Shown piece by piece: positions 9,150-17,620 of a DNA stretch of 64,000 bases (position 1 is its first letter; the number at the start of each line of letters is the position of its first letter). The DNA lies in the IMG/VR virus record IMGVR_UViG_3300046516_001816, positions 124,001 to 188,000 of that record; one strand, 5' to 3'. A model generated the notes under the pieces. The model searched no databases, was not told the DNA's origin, and was given only the letters and a program-made list of their open reading frames with translations. The translations under genes were made by a program, and so were the position numbers.

Positions 9150-9629
9150 ATGGAACAGCAAGCGTACACGGGCAAGCTCACCCTGGGCAAAGACACGCAG
9201 ATCGCTCAGACTGTGACGTTCAATATGGCACGCCCCGAAACCCAGATGATGGTCATGTTTGGCATTGACCTCGCCAAGCCCCTCATCACCGTCTACCATG
9301 GTGATAACCAACCCATCGTCGAACTCTGGCGCGATGGCACGTGCAGTATCAAGAACATGGACTATCTGGACGAAGCCGCCCGGACGTTCTACAAGGCCGT
9401 GGCCTCGATTGTGAAGCAATACATGGACTATCCGGGCTGGGTCGTGCGCAAGGAAGGGGTGAGCGAATACCTTCAGATCGATGACGTCGGCATTAACGAA
9501 GTGCAGAAGGTTCATGAAGCGACGCATTTCGCACGCGAACGCGATGCAATGGCCGCGTGTCGGTCGGGCTATGAAGTCGTCCCCGCGGCCGAAGGCATGT
9601 TGTTCAGTCGCCTCGTGAGCCTGAGCTAG
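9150..9629 (+). CDS. Hypothetical protein
   Basis: SD AAGGAG before ATG 9150. Confidence 0.7.
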   Translation: MEQQAYTGKLTLGKDTQIAQTVTFNMARPETQMMVMFGIDLAKPLITVYHGDNQPIVELWRDGTCSIKNMDYLDEAARTFYKAVASIVKQYMDYPGWVVRKEGVSEYLQIDDVGINEVQKVHEATHFARERDAMAACRSGYEVVPAAEGMLFSRLVSLS

Positions 9630-9710
9630 TGCGTCAGGGGTGGAGACCTACTACCCGTGTCTCTCGCCACGGGTAGCTCACCATACGAAAGTTTGACCCA
9701 GAGGTGTGTG

Positions 9711-9962
9711 ATGAACACAGTTTCAAAAGTCATACCTAAAAGCCAGTTAAAACATGGTGCCTATTACGCGGGTACCTCGAACTCGGTAACGATTGCGCGC
9801 TGGAATGCGCATCAAGGCCTCTTCTTTGGTAAGCGCCAAAAAGGGGCCATCGTTGACTTTTTCACGCATCCTGAAGACAGTGTCGCAATGAGCGCATCCG
9901 ATACCTTTACCCCGGTTCAGGAAATCACCGCGCCCGCTATTCGTATCCCCATTTCTTACTAA
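9711..9962 (+). CDS. Small conserved-looking phage protein
   Basis: SD GAGG; LKHGAYYAG...IARWN...F...F.HPED...F.P pattern typical of small phage proteins. Confidence 0.65.
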   Translation: MNTVSKVIPKSQLKHGAYYAGTSNSVTIARWNAHQGLFFGKRQKGAIVDFFTHPEDSVAMSASDTFTPVQEITAPAIRIPISY

Positions 9963-9980
9963 TAAACCAAGGGAGTAGTT

Positions 9981-10442
9981 GTGGTACTGGATAAGAAAAA
10001 TGACGTCTATGTGGTCAAGCTGGGCACCATGGGCGAACAAGCCAATGCACAGATTATCTATAAGCCAACCTGGTTCTACGCGCACTTTCCAAGCCTGGAG
10101 CGCCGGATCCTGCATAACGACGTGATCAGCGAGCTCAACCCGATTCATCAGGGCCGCAATCTTGCCCTGCTTGAGCGCATTCGGGAAGACAACCAGTGCG
10201 CGATCATTCGCGCGGTGGGAACGCAGCTCGATACAGCGTCGGACCAGATTCATATCGTCGGTCACGTGGTGGCAACTGGCCCCCACTTTTCGACCGTCGA
10301 GCAGATGTTTGACATAGACCCCCAAGGGGAAAGTTGGGCGTTCCGTTTGCGGTGTTTGGTGCAGCCCCCCGACGAAGGCGCATCAAAGAAATTGGTTCCT
10401 GTGATTGAACGCCTGATCACCTGGGATTTACATACTCACTAA
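9981..10442 (+). CDS. Hypothetical protein
   Basis: SD AAGGGAG, GTG start. Confidence 0.65.
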   Translation: MVLDKKNDVYVVKLGTMGEQANAQIIYKPTWFYAHFPSLERRILHNDVISELNPIHQGRNLALLERIREDNQCAIIRAVGTQLDTASDQIHIVGHVVATGPHFSTVEQMFDIDPQGESWAFRLRCLVQPPDEGASKKLVPVIERLITWDLHTH

Positions 10443-10469
10443 CAAGAAACCAAACCAAGGAGTAGTACC

Positions 10470-10835
10470 ATGTATGATCGTAAAAAGCTGGAAGACATTT
10501 GTGAGCGACTGGCCGACCCGAAAGAGTACATGGGTGGTCGCGTGCCCCGAATTGCAGAAGACGCGATGAATCTGATTTTGCATATGGAGCGCAACGTCGA
10601 AGATCTCGTGCTCGTTGCCCCGACGTTCCCCGAGTTGATCGCCCGCACCAAGAAGCAGATCAACGACACCAAGCAGCCGGGTGAAGATCCGGTGGAAAGC
10701 TTTGAAGTGTCCGTGCCCAGCGGCATGGATGAAAAGCAGTTGGTGCCGCACGAGAAAGTTCCGGTGGGCTCCAAGCCCTATATGGAAGTGCTGCGCCTAC
10801 TCGCTGCGCGTCTGCGCCGAGAGAACCCATTCTAA
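10470..10835 (+). CDS. Hypothetical protein
   Basis: SD AAGGAG before ATG. Confidence 0.7.
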   Translation: MYDRKKLEDICERLADPKEYMGGRVPRIAEDAMNLILHMERNVEDLVLVAPTFPELIARTKKQINDTKQPGEDPVESFEVSVPSGMDEKQLVPHEKVPVGSKPYMEVLRLLAARLRRENPF

Positions 10836-10849
10836 TAAGGAAAACCCAA

Positions 10850-11215
10850 GTGAGCCACTTAAAACTGGTTAAGGCGGGGGAGCCCGCCCCGCAGTATCAC
10901 TGGCAGTTTCTCGGAGAAGGCTACATCATCCAGCCCACCACGGGCGAGCGTGCCAGTGGCGATCCAGTGGTGTTAGCTTTTAACTTGCCGTATGTTCAGG
11001 GTGAGCTGACGCGTTTCGCGCATAGCCGGGTCCGGGCGATTGCTATGACGCGCCTGAACTTAATCCTGCGCTATCGACTCGATGAGCTGAACAATCCGCC
11101 GCACTCGCCATTGTGGATTCCGGCCCTCGACCCGGACTGCACCATCGCATTGATGGAGTCGAGCGACGGCGAGATTTGGTACAGCACGACACCCCAGCCC
11201 CAGGTGGAATCGTGA
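10850..11215 (+). CDS. Hypothetical protein
   Basis: SD AAGGA, GTG start. Confidence 0.65.
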   Translation: MSHLKLVKAGEPAPQYHWQFLGEGYIIQPTTGERASGDPVVLAFNLPYVQGELTRFAHSRVRAIAMTRLNLILRYRLDELNNPPHSPLWIPALDPDCTIALMESSDGEIWYSTTPQPQVES

Positions 11216-11457
11216 TGCGCTCGGATGATATTGCCGCCATGGTGATCGGCTCCTGGGTGTTGTTCGCCGTGGTGTGCAGCCTCTTCTTTCTGGGTCTCCG
11301 CTACCGGCTCGGGCAAAAAAACCGTCTCGTAGGGTATCCGTATGCATACTACCAGCGGCGTAAGGCACGCTTGCGTCGTCGGTATGTCATCATCATGTTG
11401 ACCAGCATCTTGTTTGCCGTGACAGCGGACGCCGTGCTGGTCTTTACAAACAGTTAA
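11215..11457 (+). CDS. Two-TM membrane protein
   Basis: TGATG overlap; two hydrophobic helices flank an Arg-rich loop. Confidence 0.6.
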   Translation: MRSDDIAAMVIGSWVLFAVVCSLFFLGLRYRLGQKNRLVGYPYAYYQRRKARLRRRYVIIMLTSILFAVTADAVLVFTNS

Positions 11458-11475
11458 AACCAGGGTTAAAAACAA

Positions 11476-12549
11476 ATGTATCAGTTGCACAGTGTCGAAG
11501 AGCAATACATGGCCGCACTGAAGTCGATCCTCGTGACGGGCACCTGGCAGGAAAATCGCACGGGTATCGACTCCATCAAATCCCCGTTTCCGATTGTGAT
11601 CACGCATCGCATGGAAGAAGGCTATCCGGCCCTCACGGGTCGCAAGGCCCCGGTGAAGTCGGCGATCGCGGAGATGATCGGGTTCATGCGTGGTGTTACC
11701 TCGGCGGCAGACTTCCGAGCGCTCGGCTGCAAGTACTGGGATCAGAACGCCAACGAAAACACGCAGTGGCTCGCGAACCCGTTTCGTGAAGGCCCGGACG
11801 ATCTGGGCGATGTCTACGGTGCGCAGTGGCGCCGTTGGCCGGCGTATCAGTATTTCAAGAAGGGCGAGCTCAGCGACGCTGCGCGCGGCAAGCTTGATCG
11901 CGAAGGCTGGCAGGTAGTCGCCGATTCGTTCGACGTGACGGGCCAAGACGGCTGGGTGTATTTCAAAGAGATCGATCAGCTGGGTGACTGTGTGCGTACG
12001 ATCATCAACAACCCGAACGATCGTCGTATTCTGATGCATGCGTGGAACCCGGCCAAGCTCGGTCAGATCGCGCTGCCTGCGTGTCATCTGTTGTATCAGT
12101 TCGTGCCGACGGCGAAGACCAAAGAGCTCGCGCTCTCTGTGACGGTCCGCTCGAACGACATGCCGCTCGGCTGGCCCAGCAACATGATGGAGGCGGCGTT
12201 CTTGCTGCAAGTCGTCGCTCACCTCACCGGTTACACGCCGTCGTACGTGACGTTGATTTCCAACGACGCGCACATCTACGCGAACCAGCTCGACATGGTG
12301 GACGAGTATCTGTCGCGTGAAACACATCCGTTGCCCCGGCTGGTGATCAACGACCGGGTGCCAACGTTCGCGGACCACGTACTGACGGCCGAGCGAGCGA
12401 AGGAAGGTTTCCTCATGAACGAACTCACCGACGCGAAGCAACAAGCGGCGGAAGCGGTCGTGAAATGGCTGAACTGGATCGAGCCGAGCGATTTCACTCT
12501 GGACAACTATGTCCACGGCGAACCCATCAGCGCACCGATGGCGGTCTAA
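11476..12549 (+). CDS. thyA: Thymidylate synthase (dUMP-specific, Burkholderia-type long form)
   Basis: NRTG, YGAQW, WNP, catalytic LPACH, RSND, specificity Asn in PSN, DAHIY. Confidence 0.97.
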   Translation: MYQLHSVEEQYMAALKSILVTGTWQENRTGIDSIKSPFPIVITHRMEEGYPALTGRKAPVKSAIAEMIGFMRGVTSAADFRALGCKYWDQNANENTQWLANPFREGPDDLGDVYGAQWRRWPAYQYFKKGELSDAARGKLDREGWQVVADSFDVTGQDGWVYFKEIDQLGDCVRTIINNPNDRRILMHAWNPAKLGQIALPACHLLYQFVPTAKTKELALSVTVRSNDMPLGWPSNMMEAAFLLQVVAHLTGYTPSYVTLISNDAHIYANQLDMVDEYLSRETHPLPRLVINDRVPTFADHVLTAERAKEGFLMNELTDAKQQAAEAVVKWLNWIEPSDFTLDNYVHGEPISAPMAV

Positions 12550-12550
12550 G

Positions 12551-12934
12551 ATGGCACGTGACGGTACGGTAGGCGCACAGATTCTTGCCCTCTTTGAAGC
12601 GAAAGACGGCGAGCCGGCCAAACGGTTTACGCTCAATGAACTCTTTCGAGCACTGCCCGGGTCGCCGGAAAGCAGCATCAAGTCAGCCGTAAAGAGATTA
12701 CGGGGCGGGGACGGCTCGGAAAAGAAGTTGCGCGCAGTGGGCTATATGAGCCAGGCTACGGGCGCGGGGTTGCCCGAACCGATCCTTGAGCTGGGGAGCG
12801 AACCGGATGTGCCGCGTGAGGAGAAGTACGTGGTGCCGAACGATGAGCTCATTCGAAGACGAAAGGAGTTGCGACGCAAACAAGAAGAGCTAAGTCTCAA
12901 ACGCTCGTTGGAAGCGATCGACAACTACCTGTAA
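12551..12934 (+). CDS. Putative winged-helix DNA-binding protein (paralog 1)
   Basis: wHTH-like N-terminus, then LRAVGY...G.G.PEPILELGSEPDVP wing motif shared with 13349 and 13824. Confidence 0.5.
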   Translation: MARDGTVGAQILALFEAKDGEPAKRFTLNELFRALPGSPESSIKSAVKRLRGGDGSEKKLRAVGYMSQATGAGLPEPILELGSEPDVPREEKYVVPNDELIRRRKELRRKQEELSLKRSLEAIDNYL

Positions 12935-12937
12935 GTG

Positions 12938-12981
12938 GAGGGCTGTCCGGGCTTCGGCTCGGGCAGTCTTCTTTTATGCCG
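12938..12981 (+). terminator. Hairpin (cUUCGg) + TTTTATGCCG element
   Basis: GAGGGCTGTCCGGGC-TTCG-GCTCGGGCAGTCTTC, then TTTTATGCCG. Confidence 0.8.
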
Positions 12982-13013
12982 CTAAAACAACGACTTGGAT
13001 AAAGTTATTCACC

Positions 13014-13343
13014 ATGGTATCGTTTGACGGAGTAGGACAGAGTCGCATCGCGGACACATTGTCAGCGATTGCGAAGCTGTATGAGCAGGTTGAGCAGCAA
13101 ATTAATCAGGGCGTCTTATTGAGCCGTGACGAGATTGCTTTACTCAAAAACCTGGCTGGTACCCCTAAACACTTGCAGACACTCGAAATTGCCCGGCACC
13201 CTGAGATCAGTAACAATGATTTCGGCAAGCGCTGGGGCGTGAGTTATGCCCGCATCTCGCAGATCCGGCACGGCGACGTGGGTCGACGCAAGTACCAACT
13301 GACGGATCAATCGCCGCCGGCTTATCCGCTGAGGTTGTTTTAA
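13014..13343 (+). CDS. Putative HTH DNA-binding protein
   Basis: C-terminal ISNNDFGKRWGVSYARISQIRHG has HTH spacing (GVS...IS.I..G). Confidence 0.55.
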   Translation: MVSFDGVGQSRIADTLSAIAKLYEQVEQQINQGVLLSRDEIALLKNLAGTPKHLQTLEIARHPEISNNDFGKRWGVSYARISQIRHGDVGRRKYQLTDQSPPAYPLRLF

Positions 13344-13348
13344 TCCCA

Positions 13349-13921
13349 ATGAACTACAATCCAGGAGTCCTAAAGGGTCGCATCTATCAGGTGATCTTTG
13401 AACACGGCCCCATGACCTACGAGGCGTTACTGCGCTATATCCCGGACGCTTTAATTAAGAAGATCAAAGACTGTATTGTCAATGATCGATTCATGAATAA
13501 GTCCAATGGGAGAAAAGTGTTTCGGGTGGTAGCCTACGAAGCGCATCGGGGAACCGGTGGCTCCTTTCACCCGGTCATTGGGCTCGGTAACGAACCGGAC
13601 GAACCCCCACCTGTTGTGGAGAACGCGCACCTCGATGCTTCTCGTCGCTACGAAGCCACCAAAGGCAAAGTACAACGTGAGCGTCGCAAACGCGAACACC
13701 AGCAGGCCGAACAACGTGCAGCACTGGCCTTTGCGGGTTTGTTGGGCGCAGCGCCTCCGAAGCTGACCAATACCCTGCCAAGCCGTGTCCATCTAATACC
13801 AATAACAGCACCTAAACCTAAAAATGGCAATGGAAAGAAAGCTGCACAAAAGAATCTACAACCTGCTCAAGCGTCACGGCGCCCTGAGCAAGACCGCGTT
13901 GAAAGAGAAACTCTGTCCTGA
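13349..13921 (+). CDS. Putative winged-helix DNA-binding protein (paralog 2)
   Basis: RIYQVIFEHGPMT...FRVVAY...G.GGSFHPVIGLGNEPDEP. Confidence 0.55.
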   Translation: MNYNPGVLKGRIYQVIFEHGPMTYEALLRYIPDALIKKIKDCIVNDRFMNKSNGRKVFRVVAYEAHRGTGGSFHPVIGLGNEPDEPPPVVENAHLDASRRYEATKGKVQRERRKREHQQAEQRAALAFAGLLGAAPPKLTNTLPSRVHLIPITAPKPKNGNGKKAAQKNLQPAQASRRPEQDRVERETLS

Positions 13922-14384
13922 ATTCACGTACAAGTTTCTCACCGACACGTTGTTGCAAATGCGCGGTTTGGTGGATGGCATTCCTCGGGTCATCTATATC
14001 GAGGACTACGTGCGGCAAGTCGGCAAAGGCGGCAAAGCCTCGCCCGTCTATCGGATCGGTACGAAAGCCGATGAGCCGGAACCCACGCGCGATCGTGCGG
14101 AAGCGTTGCGTGAATACAACCGACGCTACCAAGCGAAACCAGAGGTCTACACCGAGCGGCTGGCGTATAATGCCGCCCGGCGTCGCAAGGTTACCCAGAA
14201 TAAACGTATCGAAAAGAACGCAGCGAAGAATGCATTTAGCCACTTGGTCTCACCGCCGACTCCCATCGTGCTCGAGGCCGTGTCGGTGCGGAAGGTCAAG
14301 ATTGACCACGACGAAGAATGGATTACCAACACTGAGAAGGCCATTCGACGTCGTAAGCATTCGTCGGCATGCGGTGCAGTGTAG
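13824..14384 (+). CDS. Putative winged-helix DNA-binding protein (paralog 3)
   Basis: RIYNLLKRHGALS...IYIEDY...GKGGKASPVYRIGTKADEP; overlaps the preceding gene by ~98 nt. Confidence 0.55.
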   Translation: MAMERKLHKRIYNLLKRHGALSKTALKEKLCPEFTYKFLTDTLLQMRGLVDGIPRVIYIEDYVRQVGKGGKASPVYRIGTKADEPEPTRDRAEALREYNRRYQAKPEVYTERLAYNAARRRKVTQNKRIEKNAAKNAFSHLVSPPTPIVLEAVSVRKVKIDHDEEWITNTEKAIRRRKHSSACGAV

Positions 14385-14387
14385 TAC

Positions 14388-14491
14388 CCTTTGTCCGTTC
14401 TACCTCTCAGGTCTCCTCGCGGACAAAGGAGGTTCCTCCCACCCCTGGCTACCACCTCCTCCAAGGGCGGGGGTGGGAGCTTTTTATGCCG
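14388..14491. ncRNA. Candidate structured RNA: two 10-bp hairpins with long pyrimidine-rich loops, ending in TTTTTATGCCG
   Basis: CCTTTGTCCG/CGGACAAAGG (14388-14429) and CTCCCACCCC/GGGGTGGGAG (14436-14479); loop 2 contains CACCTCCT. Confidence 0.4.
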
Positions 14492-14574
14492 TGAGTTTTC
14501 CATACTACGCAAAACAGTAAAGAAATACTGCCCATCGAATTAAGTGATGGTTAAATCAGACAAAAGGATGCGCA

Positions 14575-15816
14575 ATGAATAAACCGAATATGCAGGTACG
14601 GGGCAAGAAGAATCGCAACCAGGGACCACGCCCGGATGAAGAGCTGCAATCGCTTCTTCAGGGCAGCAATGCAGCAGTCGCTGAACGCGCCGGCGTGTCG
14701 GAAGCCGTCGCCGCAGAAGGTCGTGAAGAAGGCGCCGGTCACACGCAGGAAGAGATCGACCAGCTCTTCGATGCTGCGATTGACCACGCGGCTGACGTAC
14801 TGGGGGTGGAACCCGACCAGGTCGTCTTGACCCCGATCGGCGTCGATATGGGCAAGGAAGGCGCGGAACAATCGGTGGATTTGAACCAGCAGATCACCTT
14901 CTCGGCGAGCTTCGGTCAGGAGAGCCTCGCTGCGGCCTCTGAAGCCACCGCCAAGGCGTCCGTGAAGGATGCGGCTATGTCGGTAGAGGATGCGCTGGCA
15001 AGCCCGGAGAGCGCCGCTAATTTCCTCGGTGTGAATCTCTCCGATGTGGCGTTTTTCATGCCGGCATCGGAAGTTGAACGCATGCAAAAAGCACACGAGG
15101 CCGGCGTCATGGTCGCGATGTCCTGGGATGAGCTTCAGAAGTTCCGGATCGAAGTTGCGAATACGCAAGCATTCGATGTGTCGCCGGAAGCATTCGCTGC
15201 GCTCGGTGGCTATCCGATCGGTGGTAACAATCCGGGTGGCCTGGATCTGAATACACCGGAAGTCGACGAATACGCGGACAAGTACCTGGAGACGAATCTC
15301 AAGATCGTCATCACGCGCTTCCCGAAGGGCATGCCGGAAGCCGAGCAAGAAGAAATGCGCAAGCTCTTCACGGAAGATTTCCAGTCCGTGGTGGGTTTTC
15401 GCAGCGGCTTCGAGCTCCACGCGCCGGCGTCTGCTCCGAAGAACCTGATCAAGCTTACGCTCGAGCGCCCGAGCTCAGAGCCGGAATTCACCTGGCAGGA
15501 GCGCAAGAAGAAAGCCATCACGCGTTATTTCGATGCATGGGGTGTGCGCCTGGGGGGACAGGGCGTGACGGATGCCACCAGCTTCGACTTCTGGGCGCTG
15601 GAGATGGACGAAGGCGGCACCGAGTTGGTCGATGCCTGGAAGTGCACGAACATGTATCCGAAACGGCTGGGCGGTATCGATTCGCGAGCCATCGCCGATT
15701 GGCTTCCGAGCGACAGGAATACGTGGTTTATCTCGGCAACCTTGAGCGGGGAAGTCTCACGCTCGCAGTCGCTGTCGGCGGGTGCGCTCGAACACATCCA
15801 AGCGCAGGCGGTGTAA
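14575..15816 (+). CDS. Large acidic hypothetical protein (413 aa)
   Basis: Long ORF, SD AAGGA; disordered acidic N-terminal third; no motif recognised. Confidence 0.8.
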   Translation: MNKPNMQVRGKKNRNQGPRPDEELQSLLQGSNAAVAERAGVSEAVAAEGREEGAGHTQEEIDQLFDAAIDHAADVLGVEPDQVVLTPIGVDMGKEGAEQSVDLNQQITFSASFGQESLAAASEATAKASVKDAAMSVEDALASPESAANFLGVNLSDVAFFMPASEVERMQKAHEAGVMVAMSWDELQKFRIEVANTQAFDVSPEAFAALGGYPIGGNNPGGLDLNTPEVDEYADKYLETNLKIVITRFPKGMPEAEQEEMRKLFTEDFQSVVGFRSGFELHAPASAPKNLIKLTLERPSSEPEFTWQERKKKAITRYFDAWGVRLGGQGVTDATSFDFWALEMDEGGTELVDAWKCTNMYPKRLGGIDSRAIADWLPSDRNTWFISATLSGEVSRSQSLSAGALEHIQAQAV

Positions 15817-16170
15817 ATGCTGATCGACTTCCATTTGAGCTTCGGTGCAATGCTCTTTTGGTTGTTGGTCGGCCATGTCTACTTTGACTATGCAGGCCAG
15901 GGAGACTTCCTGGCCCTGATCAAAAACCATAACACAGAGCCAGGCAAGAACCTGTGGCACTGGGGCTTGCCGTCGCACGCACTTCTTCATGCCGGAAGTG
16001 TGGCGTTGTTTACAGGGTCCATCGGACTGGGCTTGACCGAAGCGGTCATCCACGCGCTGGTGGATAGATTGAAGTGTAACAACAAGATCTCGTACAACCT
16101 GGATCAAGTAGTGCATCTGCTGTGTAAGGTCGTATGGGCAGCAATCGCAGTCTTTCTGTGGAGGCAATAA
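15817..16170 (+). CDS. DUF3307-family membrane protein
   Basis: GHVYFDYAGQGDFLA..K, H...H, EAVIHALVDRLKC, DQVVHL signature. Confidence 0.8.
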   Translation: MLIDFHLSFGAMLFWLLVGHVYFDYAGQGDFLALIKNHNTEPGKNLWHWGLPSHALLHAGSVALFTGSIGLGLTEAVIHALVDRLKCNNKISYNLDQVVHLLCKVVWAAIAVFLWRQ

Positions 16171-16173
16171 GCT

Positions 16174-16503
16174 ATGGAAGTCATAGAAGGCGGCTCATCC
16201 TCAGACGAAGGGGTGATCAGTCGCATGCTGTTGTTGGGCGGGGATGAAGAGAGCGAGGATTTTCTGGCGGGCATGGATGCCGGGGTCATTCTCTTTCTTC
16301 TGAACGAGTGTAGAGTCAAGGGTGAGGATCCGGCCTCGCTCGACCCGTTACCGGCGTTTAAGTGTGCCAAGCCGGCCATTGAGAAGATTGCGAAGTATTG
16401 CGGTGTCTCGGTGACCTACATGGACATACTGGAGCCGGGCAATGAAGAGCGGGTGTTCTGTAAGTTCCAGAGCCTCCGGGGTCAGCTCTCACTCGTTTCA
16501 TAA
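16174..16503 (+). CDS. Hypothetical protein
   Basis: Fills the gap between neighbours in a tightly packed operon. Confidence 0.6.
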   Translation: MEVIEGGSSSDEGVISRMLLLGGDEESEDFLAGMDAGVILFLLNECRVKGEDPASLDPLPAFKCAKPAIEKIAKYCGVSVTYMDILEPGNEERVFCKFQSLRGQLSLVS

Positions 16504-16531
16504 CCGCAAGCTAGGACCGGAAACTTTAACA

Positions 16532-16996
16532 ATGACTAATAATCTCTTGGGCTGGCGTCAATATCGGGGCCGAATCATTCCACGCAGTACAGTCGAACAA
16601 GTCACCAAGAACTTTCGACCGTATGACACGCGCCTGAAACTGGGCGAGCACGTCAAGCTGCGTATCGATGATGCGGGTACGACCCAGTTCCTAGGTGCAG
16701 TTGTGGTAGACGTGGCACAGTCACACCGGAATGGTGCTACGTACGCACTCGCTTTCCCTGCTACCGTCGAGGGAGACTTCTACATTGTCGTCGATGGCTT
16801 CTCGGGCGCCGGGATGCAGTTGACTCACGACGAAAGTGCAGAAGCTTCAGGTATCTATACGGAAGCCGAGTACGCGCAGTACGAGTTGGAGAACGTGAAG
16901 TCGTCGCCGGCACCGCATCGTACCCTCAAGCTGGTGACGTCCGCGTTGGACGACACGAAGGTAGCGGCCGAGCAACTGGTTTCGAATCTACAATAA
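16532..16996 (+). CDS. Hypothetical protein
   Basis: ATG 16532 after AGGA; coding-like. Confidence 0.6.
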   Translation: MTNNLLGWRQYRGRIIPRSTVEQVTKNFRPYDTRLKLGEHVKLRIDDAGTTQFLGAVVVDVAQSHRNGATYALAFPATVEGDFYIVVDGFSGAGMQLTHDESAEASGIYTEAEYAQYELENVKSSPAPHRTLKLVTSALDDTKVAAEQLVSNLQ

Positions 16997-17013
16997 ACAA
17001 TAAAACCACGGCC

Positions 17014-17604
17014 ATGAGGCAGAAGAAAAAACACCCTGACTACGCCAGATGGCAGGCGATGCAGCAAAGGTGTTACCGTAAGAACTCACGCGACTATCCG
17101 CGATACGGTGGGCGCGGGATTGAAGTCTGTGAGGATTGGCGCCAGAGTAACAAAGAAGGCTTCTTTAACTTTGCGACCTGGCTTGAGCAGCAGCCCAACT
17201 ACGAGAAACTGCAAGGCGGTCACGTCTTCGCCCGCAAGGATGTGGATCAACACTACACACCCGGCAACTGTGAAATCGTGCCGTCGCGCATTGCAACACA
17301 ACGTAAGGGTACAACGCGCCTGAGCTTGGAGATCGTCGTTACAACTCGCAAGCTGCTCAAAGAGAAACCCGAGACTTCCCTCGATGACCTCATCACGGAG
17401 TATGGCTTCGGATCCAGAACGATTTGGTCCAACGCCTTACGAGGGAAGACTTGGCAAAACGCTGACTTGCTCGAAGCGCCGATTGGGGATCGATTGGCGT
17501 TTCGTGAAACACGTACGTTTAAGCATCGTCTTGAATCATTACCGCTACCTGAAGGAGTGCACGGTGAGTCTTACCCCGCCGAAGTCGAATGCAACGCCCT
17601 TTGA
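17014..17604 (+). CDS. HNH-related free-standing homing endonuclease family protein (possibly degenerate)
   Basis: RWQAMQQRCY...YPRYGGRGIEVCEDW...FFNF...RKDVDQHYTPGNC is the classic phage family pattern; C-terminal HTH-like segment. Confidence 0.75.
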   Translation: MRQKKKHPDYARWQAMQQRCYRKNSRDYPRYGGRGIEVCEDWRQSNKEGFFNFATWLEQQPNYEKLQGGHVFARKDVDQHYTPGNCEIVPSRIATQRKGTTRLSLEIVVTTRKLLKEKPETSLDDLITEYGFGSRTIWSNALRGKTWQNADLLEAPIGDRLAFRETRTFKHRLESLPLPEGVHGESYPAEVECNAL

Positions 17605-17620
17605 CCTACCGGCGATTGTG

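Noticed and set aside
4006-10460. Recurrent AAACCAAGG before several genes (about 4009, 4808, 9964, 10453) as an operator
   Set aside because: It always runs into the Shine-Dalgarno sequence at normal spacing, so it is best explained as an A-rich translational enhancer plus RBS.
11476-12549. thyA as a dCMP/dUMP hydroxymethylase indicating hypermodified DNA
   Set aside because: It keeps the Asn specificity residue and host-like ThyA motifs, and no glycosyl- or amino-transferase partner is nearby.
11071-12681. Long minus-strand ORFs (e.g. 11071-12681, 536 aa; 5669-6901, 410 aa; 26571-27764; 41998-43026)
   Set aside because: They lie antisense to well-supported + strand genes (thyA, Nudix, GH8-like, fibre), have no SD or recognisable motifs, and are the expected shadow of GC-rich codon usage.
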